A stretch of DNA of 56,140 nt from an uncultured Piscirickettsiaceae bacterium. Its GTDB lineage: Bacteria > Pseudomonadota > Gammaproteobacteria > GCF-002020875. Positions 46,386 to 56,140 of the stretch are shown one piece after another (within the stretch, counting starts at the first letter, position 1; the number at the start of each line of letters is the position of its first letter). Below the pieces are notes generated by a model. The model saw nothing but the letters and a program-made list of their open reading frames with translations. It did not search any database and had not been told where the DNA came from. Made by a program: the position numbers and the translations under genes. The stretch is from NCBI GenBank assembly GCA_964551545.1, contig CAZKCT010000004.1, positions 2,569 through 58,708 of the forward strand, written 5' to 3'.

Positions 46386-46982
46386 TTAGCGCTGGCTGGC
46401 GTAGTAGTTGATGAGAGCTTCCTCACCCGCTGCGCCTGCCTTCTTGTTCAGTTTCTTCAGCTTCTTCTTCATCTTCTTCGGTACAGCACGGTCTCCACTG
46501 TGGAAGTCATCCATTGCGTAACGGAGGTAAGGAGCAAGCTGTCCGGAGAGCTGACCTGAATCATCGTCTGCAAGGGTGCCGCCTTCGCTGTGGCACTTCT
46601 CACAGTACTTATCATGCAGCTTCTGGCCCTTGGCAACCTGTGCCTCGTCGAAGCTTTGCTCTGACATGTGAACCTGCTGAGCTGCGAAATGAGATGCCAT
46701 TGCGGCAACCTCATCGTCACTGTAGCCCTTGGCGATACGAGTCATGATAGTGCTCTTGGTGTCGCCAGATTTGTAGGCAGCCATCATGTCGGTGATGTAA
46801 GTCTGAGACATACCGGCAAGTGACGGAATTGCAGGACCGCTACTGGCACCATCGGTACCGTGGCAACCTGCGCAAGTGTTGGCCAGCATAGTAGCACTGG
46901 CACCAGTCATGTTCCCTGCAAGTGCAGAAAAACTAAGCGCACATCCACCGATCACGGCCATTGCGAGTTTCGTTGGTTTCAT
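46386..46982 (-). CDS. fccA: Flavocytochrome c diheme cytochrome subunit
   Basis: Signal peptide, CAGCHG, STIM.RIAKGY and CEKCH; directly upstream of fccB. Confidence 0.92.
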   Translation of the reverse strand: MKPTKLAMAVIGGCALSFSALAGNMTGASATMLANTCAGCHGTDGASSGPAIPSLAGMSQTYITDMMAAYKSGDTKSTIMTRIAKGYSDDEVAAMASHFAAQQVHMSEQSFDEAQVAKGQKLHDKYCEKCHSEGGTLADDDSGQLSGQLAPYLRYAMDDFHSGDRAVPKKMKKKLKKLNKKAGAAGEEALINYYASQR

Positions 46983-47089
46983 ATCTCCTCCTAAGAATCT
47001 AGAGATGTTTTTTTTCGAAAATTAATATTAATTTTGCTCTTTGTTATGGCGTTCAGCACTAGGCAGAAAACCATACACAGAACAGGTCG

Positions 47090-47119
47090 ATCATATCTTG
47101 CTTATAACTTTTCATGCAA
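47090..47119 (-). promoter_or_regulatory. Candidate sigma70 promoter for fccAB
   Basis: Minus strand reads TTGCAT-N18-TATGAT, about 110 nt upstream of the fccA start. Confidence 0.35.
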
Positions 47120-47252
47120 GGAAAATATCAATAAAGCCAGGGTTTTTTGAAGGCGTGTGTTTGCGATGATCAGGCGAGTGTCTGGCGGGCGCAATAAAGG
47201 GGGCTCCACCCTTAAAAGCCAAGGGTGGGGGAGGAGGTTTGGGGGAGGTGGC

Positions 47253-48191
47253 TTACTGCCGGATGAGTGTTTTTAGATGTTTAGCCAGTTTGTGATGGCG
47301 GTTCATCTCTGCGATCAGTGCTAGATCGAGCCCCTCTTGGTCACGGACCTGGATGCTGGCACCACGTTCGATGAAGAGCTGTACCAGAGCACTGTTGCCT
47401 CGGCTGACAGCTTCCATCAATGGTGTCCAGCCATCTCGGTCTTGTGCATCCAGTGTGGCGCCATGACCGAGTAGCAGAGAGGCCGCCTTCGTTCCTTTTC
47501 TGGATACGGCATAGTGAAGGGCGGTTGCCCCATGATCATCTTTGACTTCAGTGGCTGCGCCACGTTGAAGCAGGGCAGTGAGGATTTCCAGGTTATTGTT
47601 GCCGGCTGCAATCATCATTGCCGTGCGTCCATTTTTGTCACGAATGTCGAGACCAGCATCGGCCAGCAACAGCATGTGAGCGACATTGATATTGTTGTGT
47701 TTGGTGGCAATCATCAATGCGGTCTGTCCGTGGCGGTCTGCGGTGTTGATGTTACTGTTGTAGGCCATCAGGATGGAGATGACATCGGCCTCACCGCTAC
47801 GAATTGCGATCATTAGGGCATCGAGTCCATTGCGGCTTTTGGTGTGTGGGTCGGCTCCTGCCTTCAGTAGCAGAGAGACTAAGGCAATGCTTCCTTCGTC
47901 AGCTGCAGCGGAGAGGGCAGTGTAGCCACCATCGGTCTGTTGGTTGATGCTGGCCCCATGGTCAATCAGCAGCTGAGCAATCTCCTGGTACCCATCTTCT
48001 GCGGCATAGATCAGTGGTGTGTGCCCCAATTTTCCTTGAGTGTTGGGGTTGGCACCCTGTAGCAGGAGCTGTTCACTCTGCTGCAGGTCTCCGTTGAGGA
48101 CTGCTTTTCGTAGTGCCTCATCCTGTGCTGGGTCAGCAATTACAGTGCTAGAAGAGAGAAGGGCAAGTAGCGCAATGGCTGTCTTTTTCAT
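47253..48191 (-). CDS. Secreted ankyrin-repeat protein (about 8 repeats)
   Basis: Signal peptide MKKTAIALLALLSSSTVIA from ATG 48191; repeated G.TPL/TAL..AA..G....V.LLL..GA units. Confidence 0.92.
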   Translation of the reverse strand: MKKTAIALLALLSSSTVIADPAQDEALRKAVLNGDLQQSEQLLLQGANPNTQGKLGHTPLIYAAEDGYQEIAQLLIDHGASINQQTDGGYTALSAAADEGSIALVSLLLKAGADPHTKSRNGLDALMIAIRSGEADVISILMAYNSNINTADRHGQTALMIATKHNNINVAHMLLLADAGLDIRDKNGRTAMMIAAGNNNLEILTALLQRGAATEVKDDHGATALHYAVSRKGTKAASLLLGHGATLDAQDRDGWTPLMEAVSRGNSALVQLFIERGASIQVRDQEGLDLALIAEMNRHHKLAKHLKTLIRQ

Positions 48192-48219
48192 GTCGTTGCT
48201 CCGTTGTCTAGCCATGTGA

Positions 48220-48918
48220 TCAGGATGCCTCAGGCTCGTCTTCTTCATCCTCATCCGGCTCATCCGGTTCGGTATGAGCGATGCCCTTGTGACAGTCGAT
48301 ACAAGTCTGTCCCTTCTCTGTGGCGCGTCCATGTTTCTTTCGAGCGCTACGGTCCTGTTCGTCCAGATTCATGTTGTCGAAGTCGTGGCAGTTGCGGCAC
48401 TCGCGAGAGTCTGTCGCCTTCATCTTGTCCCAGACCCGGTTGGCCATGTTCCAGCGGTAGGCCTCAAACTTTTTCAGTGCTGCCTCGCGACGTTCCTCAG
48501 CCTCTTCGCTCATCTCATCCGAGAATGGCTCGCCATAGTTGGGGACGCAGAGATTGGAGCCAGCCTCGACAGGAACAAAGAGCTCTGGACAGTTGCCGCT
48601 CTCGTCAGTGGCAACTAGCTGGGATTCATCGGGTTCAATAGTGCCAAGTACCCAATGGTAGACATCCTTGGCTGCGATGATCTTGGCTGCAATTTTGGGG
48701 AAGAATTGAGTTGGCACATGGCAGTCAGAGCAGGTGGCCTGAACACCGGACTGATTCTTGTAGTGGACCGTGTGGCGATACTCTTCCAGATTGACCTTCA
48801 TGGAGTGACAGGAGGTACAGAACTCCATTTCATTGGTCGCTGAAAAGAAGACATTGGCTGCGCCAAGGGCAGCCATGCCGGCGAAGAAGATGATGGCTGG
48901 GATCAATAGTTTTTTCAT
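48220..48918 (-). CDS. NapC/NirT-family membrane-anchored tetraheme cytochrome c
   Basis: N-terminal TM helix; FCTSCHSM, CSDCHVP, CRNCH and CIDCHKGIAH. Confidence 0.92.
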   Translation of the reverse strand: MKKLLIPAIIFFAGMAALGAANVFFSATNEMEFCTSCHSMKVNLEEYRHTVHYKNQSGVQATCSDCHVPTQFFPKIAAKIIAAKDVYHWVLGTIEPDESQLVATDESGNCPELFVPVEAGSNLCVPNYGEPFSDEMSEEAEERREAALKKFEAYRWNMANRVWDKMKATDSRECRNCHDFDNMNLDEQDRSARKKHGRATEKGQTCIDCHKGIAHTEPDEPDEDEEDEPEAS

Positions 48919-48972
48919 CGATGGTTCCTCCTGAAATATCGGTTACTGCGGTGAGTGAGTCATTTCCTGGGC

Positions 48973-49647
48973 TTAGTTCCTATTGCCAAGGCGAGAGGAA
49001 TAGTCAATGACCGCCTTCATCTCACTATATCTGAAATCCTGAATCTGCTTGACCATCTTGGGGTTGGCGTTACGGCGTTTGCCGTCCTTGATCCAGATGA
49101 ACTGGCGCAGCATATATTGGTAGTGTTGATTAGAGAGTCGTGGGTAGAAATTCTCTGCGTCTCCCTCTCCATTGGTGCCATGACACTGTTCACAGTGTGT
49201 CTCATAGAGTTGTTTGCCTAACTCTAAGTCGTCCCCAGCGCCATGTTGGTTGTCGTTGCTCATCGATAGGGTGGTGATGTATCCCGTGACGTCAGCAATG
49301 TCCTGTGGCTCGCCAATATACTGTGGCAGGGTAAAGGGGTACATGGTTGGATTATCTCGATTAAGGCGGCGAATATCTGAAAGCTGTTTGATCAGCACGG
49401 ACTGGTGTTGCCCCGCCAGCTGGGGGAATGCGCCGGGAACGCGATATTCCCCAATGCCGGGTTCCATACCCCATCCATTACTAGTGTGACAGAAAGCGCA
49501 GGTTTGGTAGATTTTTTGGCCATTTTCCATATTTGGGGCCAAATGCATCGCCTCATCCGCTTCACCACCACGATCCAGACCGTTCCATGCCTGAGTGGTG
49601 GCTGATAATAGCGAGCCGAATAGCAGCGCTGTTGCCGTTCTGATCAT
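48973..49647 (-). CDS. Diheme cytochrome c4-like protein
   Basis: Signal peptide; CAFCH...PQLAGQH...NPTM and CEQCH...PRLSNQH...NPKM. Confidence 0.9.
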   Translation of the reverse strand: MIRTATALLFGSLLSATTQAWNGLDRGGEADEAMHLAPNMENGQKIYQTCAFCHTSNGWGMEPGIGEYRVPGAFPQLAGQHQSVLIKQLSDIRRLNRDNPTMYPFTLPQYIGEPQDIADVTGYITTLSMSNDNQHGAGDDLELGKQLYETHCEQCHGTNGEGDAENFYPRLSNQHYQYMLRQFIWIKDGKRRNANPKMVKQIQDFRYSEMKAVIDYSSRLGNRN

Positions 49648-49868
49648 TTTGTCTCCTCCTTGCTTGCACCTAATATTATTTTGTTTTTTGTAGAGTGCCT
49701 AACTCCACATTTCTGGTGCGCACATTTGAATCTGATTAATCATACCCAGAAAGAGGGAGACTGCAACCTTTGAGAGAGTTGGATCTCTTTCCCCCGCAGG
49801 GTGATTTTTTGCTACGATACGCTGCTTTCTCGGCCTGCTCACGATTAGTGCAGACCGCCCATTTAGTA

Positions 49869-50011
49869 CTGAGACCTTTGCACAGAAGATGATTTTGTTT
49901 TCAGGCAAGGCAAAAGTGCACGGAGAGAGGGAGTTGACTGGCGTCAATGACCGATTGAGTACACTTTTAACGTAGCATGAAAGCAAAAGAGCTTTTGTGC
50001 AAAGGTCTCAG
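49869..50011. mobile_element. MITE-like nested inverted-repeat element upstream of tig
   Basis: Perfect 16-bp terminal inverted repeat CTGAGACCTTTGCACA/TGTGCAAAGGTCTCAG, extending imperfectly to ~35 bp; inner repeats AAAAGTGCAC/GTACACTTTT and TTGAC/GTCAA; no transposase. Confidence 0.7.
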
Positions 50012-50040
50012 ACTGTTAACCACTGAATCGAGAGTTAGAC

Positions 50041-51342
50041 ATGGAAGTATCTGTAGAAACTACCCAGGGCCTTGAGCGCGCAATGACCATTACCGTTCCC
50101 GCGGAGCGTGTGGAGAAAGAGGTGAATCAACGCCTCAACCGGTTGAAAAACAGTGTGAAACTCAATGGTTTCCGCCCAGGTAAGGTTCCGATGTCCGTGG
50201 TCAAGAAGCAGTTTGATACCACAGTTCGTTATGAGGTGGCTGAAGAGCTGATTCAGGCGACTTTTGGTGAGGCGGTGAATCAGGAAAATCTTGCGCCAGC
50301 CGGTACGCCACAGATTACTCCAGAAGAGATTGGGGATGGTGAGGGGCTGAAGTACAAGGCTGTGTTTGAGGTCTATCCAGAGTTTGAGGTGGCTGCATTT
50401 GATGGCATCAAGGTTGAGAAGCCGAAGGTTGATTTGAGTGATGCCGATCTCGATAAGATGGTTGATAACCTGAGAGAGCAGCAGAAGAGCTGGGAGACTG
50501 TCGAGCGTGAGGCTGCCGATGGTGATCAGGTCAATGTTGATTTCAAGGGTTCTATCGATGGTGAGGTCTTTGATCGTGGTTCTGCGGAAGGGGTACCGCT
50601 CACACTGGGTTCAGGCTCCATGATTGGTGGTTTCGAAGATGGCATTATTGGTATGAAGGCCGGGGAAGAGAAGAGCATTGATGTGACGTTCCCTGAAGAC
50701 TACTCCGCGGAAGAGCTGGCAGGTAAAGAGGCTCAGTTTGAAATCAAGGTGAATAGTGTTGCTGAGGCGGTATTGCCCAAGATCGATGATGAATTTATCG
50801 AAAAGTATGGTGTGAAAAAGGGAGGCATGGAGGCATTCCGTAAGCAGATTCAAGAGAATATGCAGCGTGAGTGTGATCAGGCACTGACTCAAGTGAGCAA
50901 AGATCAGGTGATGGATGGACTCTATGAGGCGCATGATTTCGATATTCCTGGCGCACTGATTGATGAAGAGGCGAAGCGCATGGCCGAGAACATGCAGCAG
51001 CAGATGGGTGGTCAGGGCGCTGAATTGAGTGCTGATCTCTTCAAGGGGCAGGCGGAGCGTCGTGTCAAACTGGGGTTGGTATTGGCTGAGGTGGTGCGTG
51101 AGCATAATGTTCAGGTTGATCCGGTTCGTGTTCAGCAGCAGATCGAGACCATGGCTGCCAGTTACGAAAACCCATCCGAAGTGTTGGAGTGGTACAACCA
51201 GAATCCTCAGTACCTTGAGGGGATCCAGAATCTGGTGATGGAAGAGCAGGTGGTGGACCTGGTGATGAAAAATGCAGCAGTCTCTGAAGCAGAGATGGGC
51301 TTTGAGGAGCTAATGACAAAGGCCAATGCCAACCGCCAGTAA
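50041..51342 (+). CDS. tig: Trigger factor
   Basis: GFRPGKVP ribosome-binding motif; FKBP domain (MIGGFEDG, VTFPEDY.AEELAGK). Confidence 0.97.
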   Translation: MEVSVETTQGLERAMTITVPAERVEKEVNQRLNRLKNSVKLNGFRPGKVPMSVVKKQFDTTVRYEVAEELIQATFGEAVNQENLAPAGTPQITPEEIGDGEGLKYKAVFEVYPEFEVAAFDGIKVEKPKVDLSDADLDKMVDNLREQQKSWETVEREAADGDQVNVDFKGSIDGEVFDRGSAEGVPLTLGSGSMIGGFEDGIIGMKAGEEKSIDVTFPEDYSAEELAGKEAQFEIKVNSVAEAVLPKIDDEFIEKYGVKKGGMEAFRKQIQENMQRECDQALTQVSKDQVMDGLYEAHDFDIPGALIDEEAKRMAENMQQQMGGQGAELSADLFKGQAERRVKLGLVLAEVVREHNVQVDPVRVQQQIETMAASYENPSEVLEWYNQNPQYLEGIQNLVMEEQVVDLVMKNAAVSEAEMGFEELMTKANANRQ

Positions 51343-51424
51343 TTCAGAGCACTTCACGTTTGGCGAAAGTGAAGAGTGAGTTGTGTGGCTATATCAAATA
51401 AGAAGACCAAAGGATAGGAACCGA

Positions 51425-52036
51425 ATGACAGATTCAATCATTGAGAACTCCGGAATGGTGCCAATGGTGGTGGAGCAATCCTCTCGCGGGGAGCGCGCTT
51501 ATGACATTTACTCTCGTCTGCTGAAGGAGCGGGTGATCTTCATGGTGGGGCAGGTGGAAGATCACATGGCGAACTTGGTGGTGGCGCAGCTACTGTTTCT
51601 GGAGTCGGAAAATCCAGATAAGGACATTCATCTCTACATCAATTCACCGGGTGGTTCGGTGACTGCTGGCATGTCGATCTATGACACCATGCAGTTCATC
51701 AAGCCTGATGTGAGCACTATGTGTATTGGCCAGGCGGCAAGCATGGGAGCGCTGTTGCTCGCAGGGGGTGCGGAAGGGAAACGTTACTGTTTACCACACT
51801 CACGGATGATGATTCATCAGCCTCTGGGTGGGTTCCAGGGGCAGGCCTCCGATATTGAGATCCACGCCAAGGAGATTCTCAGTGTGCGTGAACGACTCAA
51901 TACTGTTTTGGCGCACCATACTGGCCAACCAATTGAACAAATTCGTCAAGATACTGACCGTGATAACTTTATGAGTGGTGATGAATCCGTGGAATATGGC
52001 CTGATTGATCAGGTGCTTACCAGTCGAGACGAATAA
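51425..52036 (+). CDS. clpP: ClpP protease proteolytic subunit
   Basis: [28 protein letters not shown] and DRDNFM; start at ATG 51425. Confidence 0.97.
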   Translation: MTDSIIENSGMVPMVVEQSSRGERAYDIYSRLLKERVIFMVGQVEDHMANLVVAQLLFLESENPDKDIHLYINSPGGSVTAGMSIYDTMQFIKPDVSTMCIGQAASMGALLLAGGAEGKRYCLPHSRMMIHQPLGGFQGQASDIEIHAKEILSVRERLNTVLAHHTGQPIEQIRQDTDRDNFMSGDESVEYGLIDQVLTSRDE

Positions 52037-52230
52037 CCGATAAAAATGGTTGGTCTTTGCGGTATGGTTCTTGTATTATTTCTGAGGATTTTCGGGTATG
52101 GGATGTTGAGAAATCGACGTTCCCCCTTACAGGAAAAGATAGCCATTGATGGCTTTTCACAGTAGTCTACCTACCCATATAGGGAGTGACGACTTCAGTG
52201 AAACGATGAAATCATGAAGGTATAGATCGG

Positions 52231-53508
52231 ATGAGTGATAAAGACGAAAACGACGGCAAGCTACTCTACTGCTCTTTCTGCGGAAAGAGCCAGAACGAGG
52301 TCAGAAAACTGATTGCAGGCCCTTCAGTCTATGTCTGTGACGAGTGTGTGGAACTCTGCAATGACATCATTCGTGAGGAGCAGGAGGGAAGTGAGGAGCA
52401 GGCTGAGCAGTCTGCGTTACCGGTTCCCGAGAAAATTCGCACCACGCTCGATGACTATGTCATCAGCCAGGATCGGGCAAAGAAAACCCTCTCTGTTGCC
52501 GTCTATAACCACTACAAGCGCGTTGAGTCTGGTTATAAGAAGGATGATGTCGAGCTGGCCAAGAGTAATGTCTTATTGATTGGTCCAACTGGATCTGGCA
52601 AGACACTGCTGGCCGAGACGCTCGCCCGAATTCTTAATGTCCCCTTCACTATGGCCGATGCCACTACGCTGACCGAGGCGGGTTATGTCGGTGAGGATGT
52701 GGAGAATATCATCCAGAAATTGCTGATGAAGTGTGACTATGATGTCGAGAAGGCAGAGAGTGGCATCATCTATATTGACGAGATTGACAAGATCACCCGC
52801 AAATCAGACAACCCCTCCATTACCCGAGACGTCTCTGGTGAAGGGGTACAGCAGGCGCTGTTGAAATTGGTTGAAGGCACGATCGCCTCGGTGCCGCCGC
52901 AAGGTGGGCGCAAGCATCCACAACAGGAGTTCCTGCAGGTGGACACCAGCAAGATCCTCTTTATTTGTGGCGGGGCCTTCGCAGGATTAGACAAGATTAT
53001 TCGTGACCGCTCCGAGAAGAGTGGCATTGGCTTTGCCGCTGAAGTGAAGAGTAAGGACAATGAACGTACTGTGAGTGAGGTCCTTGCAGAGGTAGAGCCA
53101 GAAGATCTGATTCGTTACGGCCTGATTCCAGAGTTCGTTGGCCGACTGCCGGTTGAGGCTACGCTGGAAGAGCTGGATGAGGATGCACTGGTCCAGATTT
53201 TGACTGAACCAAAGAATGCACTGACCAAGCAGTACGGAAAGCTTTTTGAAATGGAGGGGGTTGAACTCGATATTCGCGAGGATGCCCTGCGTGCGGTTGC
53301 CAAGAAGGCGATCAAGCGCAAGACAGGCGCGCGTGGCCTGCGTTCTATTCTTGAGCATGCATTGCTGGACACCATGTATCACCTCCCTTCCCAGGAGGAT
53401 GTTGAGAAGGTGGTAGTGGATGACTCGGTAATTGATGGAAATTCGGAGCCACTGCTGATCTTTGAAGGGGGAGAACAGGCAAAATTGGCCGCAGCGGTTT
53501 CGGAATAG
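52231..53508 (+). CDS. clpX: ClpX ATPase
   Basis: CSFCGK...CDECVELC zinc finger, [15 protein letters not shown] and IGF loop. Confidence 0.98.
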   Translation: MSDKDENDGKLLYCSFCGKSQNEVRKLIAGPSVYVCDECVELCNDIIREEQEGSEEQAEQSALPVPEKIRTTLDDYVISQDRAKKTLSVAVYNHYKRVESGYKKDDVELAKSNVLLIGPTGSGKTLLAETLARILNVPFTMADATTLTEAGYVGEDVENIIQKLLMKCDYDVEKAESGIIYIDEIDKITRKSDNPSITRDVSGEGVQQALLKLVEGTIASVPPQGGRKHPQQEFLQVDTSKILFICGGAFAGLDKIIRDRSEKSGIGFAAEVKSKDNERTVSEVLAEVEPEDLIRYGLIPEFVGRLPVEATLEELDEDALVQILTEPKNALTKQYGKLFEMEGVELDIREDALRAVAKKAIKRKTGARGLRSILEHALLDTMYHLPSQEDVEKVVVDDSVIDGNSEPLLIFEGGEQAKLAAAVSE

Positions 53509-53520
53509 GAGATCAACCAC

Positions 53521-55974
53521 ATGGGCAGAGCTGACCATCACTTCGATTCCGAGAACCCTCTGGAGCAAAATTTCTCCCTGTTGCCACTGCGTGATGTAGT
53601 GGTCTATCCACATATGGTGATCCCGCTCTTTGTCGGGCGTCCTGGGTCGATTGCTGCACTGGAAGCGGCGATGGCGGAGGAGAAGAGAATCCTGCTGGTG
53701 GCGCAGAAGAGTGCCACGGAGGATGAGCCGACCGCTGGGGATCTTTATGGTGCAGGCACTATTGCCACCATTCTCCAGTTGTTGAAATTGCCAGATGGCA
53801 CCGTCAAGGTGTTGGTCGAGGGGAATAGTCGGGCGCTGGTTCACCGAATCGATGAGGAGCGTGGCTACATGCGTGGCCAAGTGACGATTCAGCGTGAGCA
53901 GATCGAAAACGAACAAGAAGTCGATGTGCTGGCTCGATCGATTCAAGGGCAGTTTGAGCACTACGTCAAAATGAACAAGAAGATCCCGCCAGAGGTGCTG
54001 AGCTCCCTCTCCGGGATTGATGATCCGGCCCGTCTGAGTGATACCGTGGCGGCCCACATGACCCTGAAGATTGATGAGAAGCAGGAGTTGCTGGAGACCT
54101 TCAATGTTCAAGAGCGGATGGAGCATATCCTCTCTATCATGGAGGGAGAGCTTGATATTCTCGAAGTGGAGAAGCGGGTTCGCGGCCGGGTGAAAAAGCA
54201 GATGGAGCGCAATCAGCGCGAGTTCTATCTCAACGAACAGATCAAGGCAATCCAGAAAGAGCTGGGTGACTCGGAAGATGGCACCAATGAGGCGGAAGAG
54301 CTGGAACAGAAGGTGCGTGACGCAGAGATGTCGCAGGAGGCACGGGAGAAGGCAGAGTCTGAGCTGAAGAAGCTGAAGATGATGTCTCCCACCTCGGCAG
54401 AGGCGGCCGTGGTGCGCACCTATATCGAGACTTTGATTGAGGTGCCGTGGAAGAAGCGCTCTCGTCTCAAGAGTGATCTGGCACGTGCCGAGAAGGTGCT
54501 GAATGAGGACCATTATGGTCTTGAAGAGGTTAAGGAGCGCATTCTCGAATATCTGGCGGTGCAGAAACGAGTCGGCAAGATCAAGGGGGCAATCCTCTGC
54601 CTGGTGGGCCCTCCCGGTGTGGGCAAGACCTCACTGGGGCAATCGATTGCTCGTGCGACCAGTCGAAAGTTTGTGCGCATGGCATTGGGCGGTGTGCGTG
54701 ATGAGGCGGAGATTCGTGGTCATCGCCGGACCTACATCGGCTCAATGCCGGGCAAGATCATTCAGAATATGAGTAAAGTGGGAGTGAAAAACCCACTCTA
54801 CCTGCTGGATGAGATCGACAAGATGGCAATGGATTTCCGTGGAGATCCGGCCTCTGCACTACTTGAGGTGTTGGATCCTGAGCAGAACCACACCTTCGGG
54901 GACCACTATCTGGAGGTCGATTATGATCTTTCGGATGTGATGTTTGTCGCCACCGCCAACAGCATGAATATTCCTGGCCCCTTGCGGGACCGTATGGAGG
55001 TGATTCGTATCCCCGGTTATACCGAGGAGGAGAAGCTCAATATTGCGAAGCAGTATCTCGTTCCAAAGCAGATGAAGAATAGCGGGCTGAAGGAGAAAGA
55101 GGCCTCGATCAGCGAAGGGGTGATCCGCGACATTATTCGCTACTACACCCGTGAGGCGGGAGTCCGGAATCTGGAGCGTGAGATCTCCAAGGTGTTGCGC
55201 AAAGTGGTCAAGGAGCTGGTGCTGAAGAAACAGCAGAAAAAGATCTCGGTCACGGTACGCAACCTAGAGCACTATCTTGGTGTGAAGAAATTCCGCTATG
55301 GGCTTGCCGATGAGAAAAATCAAATTGGTCAGGTCACCGGTCTGGCATGGACTGAGGTAGGGGGCGATCTGCTCACTATTGAGGGAGCCGTGATGCCGGG
55401 TAAAGGAAAATTCTCAGTCACTGGGCAGCTGGGTGACGTGATGAAAGAGTCGATTCAGGCCGCCACCACGGTGGTACGGAGTCGCTCTGCTGCACTGGGC
55501 ATTGAGCCAGAGAGCTATGACAAGAGTGATATCCACATCCACGTGCCAGAGGGGGCAATCCCCAAGGATGGGCCAAGTGCTGGTATTGGCATGTGTACAG
55601 CGCTGGTCTCGGTGTTGACCGAGATCCCTGTGCGGGCGGATGTGGCGATGACGGGCGAGATTACGCTACGTGGCGAGGTGTTGCCGATTGGCGGGCTGAA
55701 AGAGAAGATGCTGGCGGCTCACCGTGGAGGTATTCGTACTGTGCTGATTCCGCACGAGAATCGAAAAGATCTGAAAGAGATTCCAGATAACATCCTCAAG
55801 GATATTGAGGTCAAGCCAGTACGCTGGATTGATGAGGTGCTGGAGATCGCACTGCAGCATTCACCTGAGCCTCTCAAGGAGGAAGAGCGTGCTGCGGAAG
55901 CGGCTGAAGAGCCGGCGGATTCCACTGCCGCTAAGAAGAAACCGGGCAAAGGGCGCCGCGTACGGACCCACTGA
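53521..55974 (+). CDS. lon: Lon protease
   Basis: [27 protein letters not shown] and GGLKEK. Confidence 0.98.
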   Translation: MGRADHHFDSENPLEQNFSLLPLRDVVVYPHMVIPLFVGRPGSIAALEAAMAEEKRILLVAQKSATEDEPTAGDLYGAGTIATILQLLKLPDGTVKVLVEGNSRALVHRIDEERGYMRGQVTIQREQIENEQEVDVLARSIQGQFEHYVKMNKKIPPEVLSSLSGIDDPARLSDTVAAHMTLKIDEKQELLETFNVQERMEHILSIMEGELDILEVEKRVRGRVKKQMERNQREFYLNEQIKAIQKELGDSEDGTNEAEELEQKVRDAEMSQEAREKAESELKKLKMMSPTSAEAAVVRTYIETLIEVPWKKRSRLKSDLARAEKVLNEDHYGLEEVKERILEYLAVQKRVGKIKGAILCLVGPPGVGKTSLGQSIARATSRKFVRMALGGVRDEAEIRGHRRTYIGSMPGKIIQNMSKVGVKNPLYLLDEIDKMAMDFRGDPASALLEVLDPEQNHTFGDHYLEVDYDLSDVMFVATANSMNIPGPLRDRMEVIRIPGYTEEEKLNIAKQYLVPKQMKNSGLKEKEASISEGVIRDIIRYYTREAGVRNLEREISKVLRKVVKELVLKKQQKKISVTVRNLEHYLGVKKFRYGLADEKNQIGQVTGLAWTEVGGDLLTIEGAVMPGKGKFSVTGQLGDVMKESIQAATTVVRSRSAALGIEPESYDKSDIHIHVPEGAIPKDGPSAGIGMCTALVSVLTEIPVRADVAMTGEITLRGEVLPIGGLKEKMLAAHRGGIRTVLIPHENRKDLKEIPDNILKDIEVKPVRWIDEVLEIALQHSPEPLKEEERAAEAAEEPADSTAAKKKPGKGRRVRTH

Positions 55975-56091
55975 TTCCATGGTGAATAGAGATCCAAAAA
56001 AAGTCTCGATTAAGCTGGAAAAAGGGGAAAGGATACCTTACACTTGCGCGCGCTATCTGAGTGGGGATCAGCCAATGAGAGCCACGAGATA

Positions 56092-56140
56092 GGGTGCTTA
56101 GCTCAGCTGGGAGAGCATCGCCCTTACAAGGCGAGGGTCG
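56092..56140 (+). tRNA. tRNA-Val (anticodon TAC), truncated by the window end
   Basis: GGGTGCTTAGCTCAGCTGGGAGAGCATCGCC-CTTACAA-GGCGAGGGTCG. Confidence 0.9.

Noticed and set aside
52037-52230. Sigma32 promoter upstream of clpX (CCCATAT near 52174)
   Set aside because: Plausible by context, but no properly spaced CTTGAA -35 element was found.
52987-54513. 508-aa antisense ORF over clpX/lon, and 45393..46559 over fccB
   Set aside because: Shadow ORFs opposite conserved genes, consistent with codon bias.
1-56140. CRISPR arrays, transposases, prophage, defence systems, rRNA
   Set aside because: None seen; the only repeats found are intragenic (SoxK-like, ankyrin), terminators or hairpins, and one MITE-like element.

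Overview
Chromosomal window from a chemolithotrophic or phototrophic sulfur-oxidising gammaproteobacterium, inferred from gene content. In order it carries: (1) the distal part of a reverse-dsr operon (dsrC-M-K-L-J-O-P-N-R-S); (2) an Alvin_2107-like gene and yccA; (3) an ~18 kb minus-strand redox/carbon cluster next to tRNA-Glu(CTC); (4) pcnB-folK-panBCD; (5) a rhodanese gene; (6) an ECF sigma factor, an anti-sigma factor with a predicted periplasmic DsrE domain, and a Cys-less secreted DsrE paralog, directly upstream of cytochrome c-soxB-triplicated soxK-soxXYZA (no soxCD in the window); (7) a three-subunit membrane succinate dehydrogenase/fumarate reductase; (8) a diheme cytochrome-NapC/NirT-ankyrin-fccAB block; (9) a ~140 bp MITE-like element; (10) tig-clpP-clpX-lon and the start of tRNA-Val. 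The 18 kb cluster encodes a putative soluble NADH-linked fumarate reductase (FeS, flavoprotein, NuoF-like), KorAB, two PFOR-derived proteins that lack catalytic motifs but keep ferredoxin motifs, RnfB, SucCD and RnfC, with no rnfADEG. The two best candidates for undescribed systems are the pseudo-PFOR/Kor/RnfBC reductive-TCA-arm module and the ECF/anti-sigma-DsrE sulfur-sensing module. All calls come from motif recognition by eye; no database searches were run.
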